Source: Octopus sinensis (lineage: Eukaryota). From it: a stretch of DNA of 64,000 bases. The notes beneath the pieces were generated by a model that saw only the letters and a program-made list of their open reading frames with translations, did no database searches and had not been told where the DNA came from. Numbering within the stretch: position 1 is the stretch's first letter; every line of letters starts with the position of its first letter. The stretch lies in contig NC_043004.1 of the NCBI RefSeq assembly GCF_006345805.1, positions 53,940,001 to 54,004,000 on the forward strand, read 5' to 3'. Made by a program: the position numbers and the translations under genes. Below, in pieces: positions 53,820 to 64,000 of this stretch.

Positions 53820-53874
<55 letters not shown>

Positions 53875-53877
53875 ATA

Positions 53878-53985
<108 letters not shown>

Positions 53986-54059
53986 CATCTAATATAGGAT
54001 AGAATTTTTCGAAAAAATTCTATCAAAGGCCAGCATATTAAAAAATACCTTTAAAGGTT

Positions 54060-54099
<40 letters not shown>

Positions 54100-54374
54100 A
54101 CGATATTTTTCATTAAGATAAGAACAAAGTGAAGTTGTTACTGACGCCGCATCTGACAGTAGCTTATTTATTATCTCTGGAAAGAACATTTACAGACGCT
54201 GGATTAATTAAATTGTGTATGTGGTACGTATATTTAAAAGATAAATAAATAAGTTCGAGAATGCTACTCTTTCTAGATTTTAAGCAAAGCAGTAAATGGG
54301 AATCTTGGGAAATAACCAACTGTACCAATGATAAAATGCAGTAGAATATTTTGTTTTAATTATATATTCTCCTT

Positions 54375-54470
54375 TCTACCATAGGCACAAGGCCTGAAAT
54401 TTGGGCGGAGGAGTGCGCCATTGGCACTTATTTCCTCGACTTCGAATCGATGAGAGGCTAAGCTGATTGG
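54375..54470 (-). mobile_element. Family A SINE remnant with a third tail type
   Basis: TTCTACCATAGGCACAAGGCCTGAAATTTGGG resembles the tail at 58365-58400. Confidence 0.5.
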
Positions 54471-54599
54471 GCTGCCCGTAGGACATGAAAGTATCCAAAT
54501 GTTTTGTTTTGTTTTTAACACGCTATTATTTCTAATTTTGTATTCTTCACAGTCCCGAAAAAGAATTATGTTACATTAATTCGTATCGATTATCATGTC

Positions 54600-54800
54600 G
54601 TCAACGGTACTTTGTTCTTTTAGTGGTTTAGTTTGCTTGCTGATGAATCAGCAGATGAGTTTAGCAATTCTTTGATGCTATTGTTCGTTGACAATTTACT
54701 GCTCACAAAAGAGGAAAGTAAGCTTGAGTTACAAGCAGATACGGACGAACTACTAAAGTGGTTTAGAAAACGACATTGACAAGTACAGTCTTCGTCGGTT
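54600..54800 (+). mobile_element. Highly decayed CR1-type RT remnant
   Basis: LLFVDNLLLTKEESKLELQADTDELLKW resembles LFADD.KL....LQ.DLD.L..W. Confidence 0.5.
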
Positions 54801-55221
54801 AAATCCAAAATGTATTGCGATAAGGGGACCTATATGGTGTAAATTTTATGGTATCATAGAAGTTTAGATTATCTTTGATAGTTTGGTTTACATTGTTTCC
54901 ACTGGATCGGTCGAGTAAAACATTTAAATATGTTATGTGATGTGAAAATTATCTTCGATCTCGTACCCAATGTATCAACAAGATCTATCAACAGAGATAG
55001 TTCTATATGGCAAGTGATAGAACCAGACATGTCATTAGAGAACTGTATTCGATGTGTCACGTGGTAGAACCAAATGCATCAGTAAAGAATTATCTTCGAT
55101 GAGTGGTATGATAGAACTGGTTGTATCAACAAAAAATTGTACTTGATAAATCCACGGAAAATTATTTTTGATTGAACACGTGATAGCAACAGCCGTATCG
55201 ATAGAGAAGTGTATTGGATCT

Positions 55222-55455
55222 GTTGTATTTTATCTTTTCCCTTTCACTTGCTTCAGTCATTAAACTACGACCTTACTGAGGTACCGTCATGAAGGTTTTA
55301 GTCAAGCAAATCAACCCAAGTACTCAATTTCTTTTAAAACTTTTTATTTATTCTATTAGTCGGTTTTTCCCCAAAACGCTAAGTTTTGAGACGTTAAGAA
55401 CTCAACACTATTTGTCAAGCAGTAGTGGGTTAGAAATGCAACAACACACACACAC

Positions 55456-55551
<96 letters not shown>

Positions 55552-55641
55552 TACCTCGGGCAAGTGTCGTATAGTTTAGCCCAGCATCTACTAAAATCAT
55601 GTTAGCGGATTTGGTAGATAGAAACTGAAAGAAATCCGCCC

Positions 55642-55685
<44 letters not shown>

Positions 55686-56031
55686 TTATGAGAGGTAATG
55701 GTGTCAGTGAGTCCCAAAGGTGTCAGGTAATGCTGAATAAGTGCTATGGGTAGACAATAGTTATGTTCTAGATTCGGTGATTATGCAAATAAGGGGGCCA
55801 ACTTAGGTCATGTATCAGGGTATGTATATAATTTTTTTTCGTAATGAGATAAAACACCAACGCTGTGTAGATTTTAGAATATTTATAAATAGGCCTTACA
55901 GCTGTTTCTAGGATATTTATTATATCCCTTCATATAATATATATCCTTGAAACAGCTGTAAGACCTACTATTTACAAATGTTATAAAATCTACACAGCCT
56001 TGGGTTTTTATCTCCTTACGAAAAACTAATT

Positions 56032-56076
<45 letters not shown>

Positions 56077-56259
56077 TGTATGTATGTATGTATATATTTA
56101 TGGCGGATTTGTTTGTGTTTCCCTCTACCAAATCCGCTAACAATATTTTGGTAGACCCTGGATCATACTATACGACACTTGCCCGAGATACCACGCAGTG
56201 GGACTGAAAGCGGAACCAAATAGCTGAGAACTAAATGTCTTACCAGCCAGCCACGCCTG
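55222..56259 (-). mobile_element. Rearranged family B SINE: 3' half 55222-55490 (-), inverted 5' piece 55550-55647 (+), 5' half 56092-56259 (-)
   Basis: Pieces align to 25942-26390; the two 5' pieces share variants absent from other B copies. Confidence 0.7.
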
Positions 56260-57024
56260 TTAAGTGATAGAATTAGATGTATTCACAGGGAATTGTCTTT
56301 GATCTGTCACGTAATAGAATCAGATATATCCACATAAATACTCTCTTCTATCACAATGACTGATTCAGCCTCGGCTTAAATCATTTTCAGAATATAGTTA
56401 TTTGGATACCACATTGGTCTAATGTGTCTCATTATGCGTAAAGCTATCTCACGAATGTTTAAACATCTGCTGGAGATTGACATGAATTTGTGTGCCATAA
56501 ACTCGGTTGCACTACGTGTGTAGGTTGAATGGCTGAGATAATTGGTATTCTTGACTAGTTCAATGGCTAGGTCAGCTTTAATATATAAAATACACGGTGA
56601 TTCTTAGTTTATTTTCGACATATACGCTTCACTTAAAGCTTTTCAATATATATTGACCTTAATTGCAATCGAGGTTAATTATAAATATACAACTTCCCGC
56701 TCTGTGAAAAAAAAAAAAATGTGAATTTACCATTTCCTTTCAATTTCGCCTAGGACGTTCTATTCTTACTAGTCGGAAACTAGAATTTCAATGTCGTTTT
56801 TCAAATCTCCATGAAAATGTGAAAGAATTAAAGAAAAAAAATCCATTTGACTTCAATATTAAGGAACTTCCGTCTGGTATTCAAGTAGATGAGAATAACT
56901 TGATTTAATGAAGTTTCTGCCGATAAATAGTTTTCTTTTTTCTTTTCATAGATTATAAATAAGGTAATCTAAAACGACTTTTGATTACAGTTTCATATAT
57001 ACTAAAATCCAGGTAGAATATGTA

Positions 57025-57058
<34 letters not shown>

Positions 57059-57237
57059 AGTTCGTATGTATGTGTATGTATGTGTGTGTGTGCGTGTCTA
57101 AACATAAACAGATAAAGAGGAGTATAACCTTATATAGTTTTCGGACGGAGAACCAGAGTACAAGTTAGAGATTTGTTCTTATGAAAGAGGTATAAAATCA
57201 ACAGCATTACAAGTTCCGTTGCAGAAATGAGAAGGTT

Positions 57238-57291
<54 letters not shown>

Positions 57292-57903
57292 TTTTGCGAG
57301 GAAGCGAGTAAACATTTTTCGTTTAGGTGACATACACCTATTTACCTGGTTTTCTTCTGCTGTCAAATAAATTTCTCTCTGTTTGTCTCCCCTTCTCTAT
57401 CCCCAACTTTCTCCCCTCCTCTCTATCTTTCTTGTTTGAAAGTCAATATATATATTATTCATATACATTATGTTGTGGCAGGTTGTTAGTGGCTGTTAAA
57501 TTATGTTTCTCCAGTCTTCTCGGAATATTGAATTATTTACTAATTAAAAACACTCTAGCATCTTGGTAAGTTTCCAATCATAGCTATTAATATCAATAGG
57601 CCCGCTAGTACAACGCATTTCTCTAAACTCTGATTATTTCCTTCTATTTCAATACGGGATTATTTCTTGATATATCATACGATCATTAAACAACCTTTGT
57701 AAGGTTATTCATTATCTTTTCTCATTCTTTTCTTTGTTGACATCACCTTATATAGTTTGCCTAACTTCTCAACAGCGTTGGTCGAAGGATTTTTACGAAC
57801 ATTTACATCCTTTATACACATTCCGATGCTTCAAGCGAATTCTGAAGGATACAATATTTTTCGATATAATTTTTATTTTTTTGCTTCACAAGCAAACAAA
57901 GAA

Positions 57904-58095
57904 AATGGCAACAAAGAGTTCTATATGTGGGTTTAGGTGTTGATACCTATTCTAGATATTGGAAATGTTATTGGTCTTAATACATAGCAGGAAATATTGA
58001 TGTGAAGTATGATTCGAACAAGATATGAATTCGGTATCTGAAGCAAAATTTTAAAAATTGCTTTGAAACTAGAATCTCTCCGTTCGCGTTTCATC
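57904..58095 (+). repeat. 192-bp inverted repeat, left arm
   Basis: Reverse complement of 59441-59632; 20 mismatches and no gaps by manual alignment. Confidence 0.92.
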
Positions 58096-58144
58096 ATGGA
58101 CTTACAGTAACTACTAGGTTTTAATATTCATTCTACTGTAATGA

Positions 58145-58818
58145 AGCGAGTTAGCAGAATTGATACCGCACCAGAGGAAAAACAAATTGCGGTATTTCGA
58201 CCGAATATACGCTCTGAGTTCAAAAGCCGTAGGATCAACTTGACTTTTCTCTTTTCAGGTTCGAGAAAATAAGTACCAGTTGAATACTGAGGTCGATGTA
58301 ATCGATTTAACGCCCTCCAACGAAATTGCTAGCCTTGAACCACAATTTGTAACCAATATTCTTTCTAATGTAGGCACAAGACACGAAATTTTAAGGGAGC
58401 GTGATAGTCAGTTACATCGACTCCAGTACACAACTGCTGCTTTATTTCATAAGCCCTGGGAAGATCAAAGGCAAAGTTGACTTCGCTGGAATTTGAGCTC
58501 AGAATGTGAAGCCGGAAAAAATGTGGTTAATCATTTTGTCCGGTCTGCCAGTACTTCTGCTGGCTCTTTGCCTTTCAACGGATTTTTTAAAATATCATAT
58601 TAAGCTGGCGAGCGGGCAAAATTGTTAGCACGCTGGGCAAACGCTTAGCGGTATTTCGTCCGCCTCTATGTTCTGAGATCAAATACCACCGAGGTCGACC
58701 TTAAATTTCATCCTTTCGGGGTCGATAATGTAAGTACTAGTAAAGCATTGTGATCGATATCATCGACATACTGTACCCTCTTAAATTGCTGGACTAGTGA
58801 CAAAATTTGAAACCAATC
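58145..58818. mobile_element. Three adjacent family A SINEs in +/-/+ orientation (58145-58350, 58365-58573, 58605-58818)
   Basis: Each shows the family A head, body and tail, with substantial divergence. Confidence 0.8.
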
Positions 58819-58933
58819 ATATTGACATATTTTTGTTTGGGTGGGCTGAATGTATTATAGTTTATTTAATATGTTGTACCTCAGTATTTGTGAAATAATC
58901 TATGTTAGCCTCATTTACAGGTTACCTGCGATA

Positions 58934-58987
58934 ATAACACTTACTTCTACAAGATATAACACTTACTTCTACAAGATATAACACTTA
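58934..58987 (+). repeat. 22-bp tandem repeat, about 2.4 copies
   Basis: Unit ATAACACTTACTTCTACAAGAT. Confidence 0.9.
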
Positions 58988-59440
58988 GCAATATCACCAT
59001 CAGCAGAAGTGATTTCGTATGCTAATGCTTAAGAAATCTAACACCGAATCAGAAGTGTGTCAGTTGGAGTTACGATGTGGTCGTTACGTTTAATTACATT
59101 GATATCAGGATTATTATATATCAACTATAAATTGACTGGAGTTACCCGTAATACGTTACCAGTAATGCGGTGGGTAACTTTGCATGTATACTTTTGGGGC
59201 CAAAGCAAATATCAGGAAATTGGGTTTGCACGCAATAATTATATTAATAATTTAGCTTCGCTTACGCGAAGTTCATCAAATGACGATTAATTCTCAAAAA
59301 AATATTTATTACTGTAAAATAAAATATTCGAAATATAAACACAATGAAAAATTATTCTCCATATTGTTTTCATATCACGAAACTCCACATATACACTCTG
59401 ACATAACTTCTCTCGTACTCTGTGCATGTATGTATGGATG

Positions 59441-59632
59441 GATGGAACGTGAACAGTTAGACTCTGGTTTCAAAGCAATTTTTAAAGTTTTGCTTCAGAT
59501 ACCGAATTTATATCTTGCTTGAATCATACTTGACATCAATATTTCCCGCTATGTATTAAAACCAACAGCATTTTCAATATCTAGACTAGGTATCAATACC
59601 TAAACCCACATATAGAACTCTTTGTTGTCATT
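59441..59632 (-). repeat. 192-bp inverted repeat, right arm
   Basis: See 57904-58095. Confidence 0.92.
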
Positions 59633-59694
59633 ATTTATGTTGTAGAGTGTCGCTCGTTTTGAAACATATTTAACGATTTTTCATAAAAAGATTA

Positions 59695-60102
59695 GTGGCT
59701 GTATGGTAAGTAGCTTGCTAACCAACCACATGGTTCCGGGTTCAGTCCCACTGCGTGGCATCTTGGGCAAGTGTCTTCTGCTATAGCCCCGGGCCGACCA
59801 ATGCCTTGTGAGTGGATTTGGTAGACGGAAACTGAAAGAAGCCTGTCGTATATATGTATATATATATATGTATGTATGTGTGTGTTTGTGTGTCTGTGTT
59901 TGTCCCCCTAGCATTGCTTGTCAGCCGATGCTGGTGTGTTTACGTCCCCGTCACTTAGCGGTTTGACAAAAGAGACTGATAGAATAAGCACTGGGCTTAC
60001 AAAGAATAAGTCCCGGGGTCGATTTGCCCGACTAAAGGCGGTGCTCCAGCATGGCCGCAGTCAAATGACTGAAACAAGTAAAAGAGTAAAAGAGTAAAAA
60101 AG
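59695..60102 (+). mobile_element. SINE family B, young, slightly 5'-truncated, with 11-bp TSD
   Basis: TAAAAAGATTA at 59684-59694 and 60103-60113; near-identical to 25942-26390. Confidence 0.92.
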
Positions 60103-60169
60103 TAAAAAGATTATGTATTTACAATTTTACCAGTCAATGATAATACGAATTTTATTTATATTTTGGGAG

Positions 60170-60620
60170 CAGATTATCAAAGTGTCCTTCGAATTGTTTA
60201 GATAGTGTATTCAATTAAGTTTGCGTTTCTGTTAGCCTTTAAGTGCAAGTTAATAATTTCCAGTTAAAGACATCATGGAAGTTCATTCAAGGAATTAACG
60301 ATCACACCGAATTGTCAAACACATCTGTTGGTTCATCAAGAGCCAGAGAAATACCAGTGGATATTTTGTGTTTGTTGTTTAACGGGCACAGGATATCTCA
60401 TTTCCTCTATGTTTACGACTCTTCTGTTTACTCTTTTCGCAGAAAGGTTAATATTCTTAAATCTAGTTTTCCCTGGACAAATATCTTCAGTTGCTGGTAT
60501 CATATAAGATTTAATTAACTTACCGCCAGAAAGTGGTTTTCGTTTCGTCATGCACAAATAAACAACTCTCATACTAGCTTTTGCAACAGATTCGTTATTG
60601 GTATCTGCCCTAAGGAAAAA
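60170..60620 (-). mobile_element. hAT (Charlie/SPIN/GTF2IRD2-like) transposase remnant
   Basis: KRKPLSGGKLIKSYMIPATEDICPGKTRFKNINLSAKRVNRRVVNI followed off-frame by SLALDEPTD resembles KPF..GE.IK.C....AE.ICP....F..I.LS..TV.RR...FSLALDESTD. Confidence 0.75.
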
Positions 60621-60897
60621 CGACTGTTGCTATATAATATCCAACTTGCATATTTCCCATGACGAAACCTTTTCATTAGATAAGAAACAGCGAACTGAAT
60701 AAAGAAAGCTTTATCCAATAAGAATTCATCAACTATACATCCGTTTAAGTGTAAGCAGGGGAAAAGGAATCCTCGCTAATGTGCTATGGGAAATCAGATT
60801 CATTTAGTTAAACGACTGGTCCCGTGGTCCGTAGGATATATATCCGTTAACCTACCTGTCCTCGTTGGAAATATTATATGTATGTTTTTGTGTACTT

Positions 60898-60929
<32 letters not shown>

Positions 60930-61268
60930 TGTATGTATGTATGTATGTATGTATGTATGTATGTATGTATGTATGTATAAGGAAAATGCTGAAATAAATT
61001 TATCATGAAGAACATTTTAGTACCAGTTTCAGTCTTGTCAACTTCTTCAAGTTAGAATAAAGTAAGAAAAACAATTAAATTGTGGATAAATTAAATGAGA
61101 TGTTTCTTTAAAATATTTCCATAGTCTTGAAATTGGTAGGACATTTTCCTTTTTTCTTGTCTTTTCCTTCTTTCTCTTTTTTTGCTACTCGTTCTTCTTA
61201 TTAACTTTTTCTTCAGAACCGCTGCTACCTACCAAGCCTTCAGCAAAATAAATTGGGCATATATATAT

Positions 61269-61306
<38 letters not shown>

Positions 61307-61578
61307 AAGGGATTTGTATGATTGCGTATAGAGGGATATATATTATTCAATGGAATTCCAAATCTGCTTTTATGTTTTATTTATATTCTTTATAATATTA
61401 ATGTAGAATATAGGAATATAGTAAAAATAGTATATATAGTAAAATGAAATGAAGTATTGATTGTCTTATTGAATAGATGAAATATTGAATATCAAATATT
61501 AAAGGACTAGTATACTTCCTTGCATTAAAGCAGTCTTCAAGGTCTCGAGTTGTGACACACACACATATATATATATAC

Positions 61579-61611
<33 letters not shown>

Positions 61612-61659
61612 CATATACATATATACAAATACATATATATAGATATATACATATTCATA

Positions 61660-61724
<65 letters not shown>

Positions 61725-61883
61725 CAGAGAGAGAGAGGGGCTGAAGACGTCATGAGTTTCTTTAAAATTTTAGGGAAATTATTCATTTTCTGAAACAGCG
61801 CACGTCAAAAGTATTTTAAAAAATTGTAAATTATCAACTTTGTGCGTGTGTGTATCTGTGTCTGTGACATATACATATATATA

Positions 61884-62032
61884 TTCTTTCTTTCTTTTCT
61901 TTTACTTGTTTCAGTCATTTGACTGCGGCCATGCTGGAGCACCGCCTTTAGCCGAGCAAATCGACCCCAGGACTTATTATTTGTAAGCCTAGTACTTATT
62001 CTATCAGTCTCTTTTGCCGAACCGCTAAGTTA
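61884..62032 (-). mobile_element. SINE family B, 3' fragment
   Basis: Matches the reverse complement of 59950-60100. Confidence 0.85.
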
Positions 62033-62040
62033 TATATATA

Positions 62041-62686
62041 TTGTGTTGAGTCAAACGTTTTGCAATATTTTGGTAACCTATTAGCAATTTTCTTTAAGTT
62101 AAAACAAAAGCAGACTCGTTTCAAGTTTCTGAAATCTGTTCTGGGTCGTTCGAGCGGGTATGAGGTCCTGCGTTGTTATGTTGTGGAAGAGATTGCTTTC
62201 TGATAACCAAAGCCGGGTATTTTTGCCGCACAATAGCATTTATTGAATCCAGGTGCTCGGAGTACATGTTTGTATCGATGATTCTACTGTGCAGAACAAT
62301 ATTATAGTTAATTAAGTCTTCATAATTCCACCAGACCCAGAGCAACACATGTTTTCGAAACACCCATGTTTGGCAAAAATTCCGGAATTTGGCCCTTGCT
62401 TAACCATACTTCTTCACCTTAGGTTTGCGGATGAATATCTTCCTCTGGTTTTTGCTTGTTCTTATCCATCGCTCACTACCTGCGATCGCAACACTTCCTC
62501 AATCAAAACATCAGGGACGGAGTTCTTTGCCTCGAAGAAGAGGATCCGGTGGAAGCGTGGGATCAAAGAACTGGTATAAAGGTGGCTTCAGAGTGTGCAA
62601 CACAATGGCCTCTACTTCGAATGCCAGGCTGTTCTTGTAACATGACAAATAAAGGCAAAATACAGCCAACCTTTGACTCAACACAA
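62041..62686. mobile_element. Non-autonomous mariner element (646 bp) with internal inversion
   Basis: TIR TTGTGTTGAGTCAAA exact at both ends, TA on both flanks; minus segment reads VLLWVWWN...QHNNAGPHT; plus segment reads LFLSIAHYL...FFASK...RGIKELV.RW...NGLYFE. Confidence 0.88.
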
Positions 62687-62791
62687 TACATATGTATAAT
62701 ACATACGGAATATATACATGTACGTACACTCACATATACACACGTACAAACACATACACAAATACACATACATACACATACATATATATAC

Positions 62792-62832
<41 letters not shown>

Positions 62833-62868
62833 TATATATATATATATATTATATATATTATATATATA

Positions 62869-62914
<46 letters not shown>

Positions 62915-62952
62915 ATATATTTATATATATATATATATATTATATATATATA

Positions 62953-63011
<59 letters not shown>

Positions 63012-63052
63012 CACACACAGAGACACTCACTCACATACACATGCGTGTGTGT

Positions 63053-63347
63053 GGAGCCGCGTGGCTTGGTGGTTAGGGCATTCGACTCACGATCGTAAGG
63101 TCGTCAGTTCGATTCCCGGCGACGCTTTGTGTCCTTGAGCAAGATACTTTATTTCACATTGATCCAGTCCACTCAGATGGCAAAAATGAGTAGTACCTCT
63201 ATTTCAAAGGGCCAGCCTTGTCAGACTATGTGTCCCGCTGAAACTCCCTGAGAACTACGTTAAGGGTAGACGGTGTTTGTGGAGTGCTTAGCCACTTGCA
63301 CGTTAACTTCAAGCTTTTCCGTTGATCGTACCGTCGTCATACCGTAG
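63053..63347 (+). mobile_element. tRNA-derived SINE F (D-like head and CORE-like segment with C tail 1), copy 1
   Basis: A and B boxes; GTCCTTGAGCAAGATACTTTATTTCAC shared with 33270; TATTTCAAAGGGCC...GAGAACTACGTTAAGGGTA...CCGTTGATC shared with 19045. Confidence 0.85.
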
Positions 63348-63366
63348 TATATATATATATATATAT

Positions 63367-63439
<73 letters not shown>

Positions 63440-63494
63440 GGAAAGTTTATATATATATATATTATATATATATATATATTATATATATAATATA

Positions 63495-63591
<97 letters not shown>

Positions 63592-63635
63592 ATACACACA
63601 CAGAGACACTCACTCACATACACATGCGTGTGTGT

Positions 63636-63929
63636 GGAGCCGCGTGGCTTGGTGGTTAGGGCATTCGACTCACGATCGTAAGGTCATCAGTTCGATTCCG
63701 GCGACGCTTTGTGTCCTTGAGCAAGATACTTTATTTCACATTGATCCAGTCCACTCAGATGGCAAAAATGAGTAGTACCTCTATTTCAAAGGGCCAGCCT
63801 TGTCAGACTATGTGTCCCGCTGAAACTCCCTGAGAACTACGTTAAGGGTAGACGGTGTTTGTGGAGTGCTTAGCCACTTGCACGTTAACTTCAAGCTTTT
63901 CCGTTGATCGTACCGTCGTCATACCGTAG
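63636..63929 (+). mobile_element. SINE F, copy 2, part of a 583-bp tandem duplication
   Basis: Identical to copy 1, including the 5' flank from 63594, except one substitution and one 1-bp indel. Confidence 0.85.

Positions 63930-64000
<71 letters not shown>

Noticed and set aside
61021-61050. Hammerhead-like motif on the minus strand (TTGAAGA-agt..act-GAAA-CTGG-TA)
   Set aside because: The first core base is mutated, stem III is not palindromic and stem I cannot form. At most a fossil; could be revisited with a family covariance model.

Overview
This is AT-rich, gene-poor eukaryotic DNA with very dense (TA)n, (CA)n, (AAT)n, (GTAT)n and (GAA)n microsatellites. I could not confidently support any host protein-coding exon; almost all ORFs in the supplied track are translated microsatellites. 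The repeat types (several tRNA-derived SINE families, L1/Tx1, Dong/R4, CR1, Penelope-like, Chapaev, mariner, hAT) match what I recall from octopus/coleoid cephalopod genomes, but that taxon call is an inference and was not searched. Main observations: (1) two adjacent fold-back palindromes (30725-31044 and 31429-31885) whose centres lie just 5' of minimal hammerhead-ribozyme motifs in Penelope-like terminal repeats, plus a third, mutated hammerhead at 37.85 kb; (2) a three-level nest at 14.9-16.3 kb: a LINE interrupted by a SINE with a TSD, itself interrupted by an inverted copy of DNA from about 7 kb upstream, with microhomology junctions; (3) a complete but decayed Chapaev3-type DNA transposon with TIRs and TTA TSD; (4) modular head/tail shuffling among SINE families; (5) a gap-free 192-bp inverted repeat; (6) a mariner relic with an internal inversion. 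SINE family letters A-F are my own working labels. All alignments were done by eye, and most boundaries are approximate unless a TSD or TIR fixes them.
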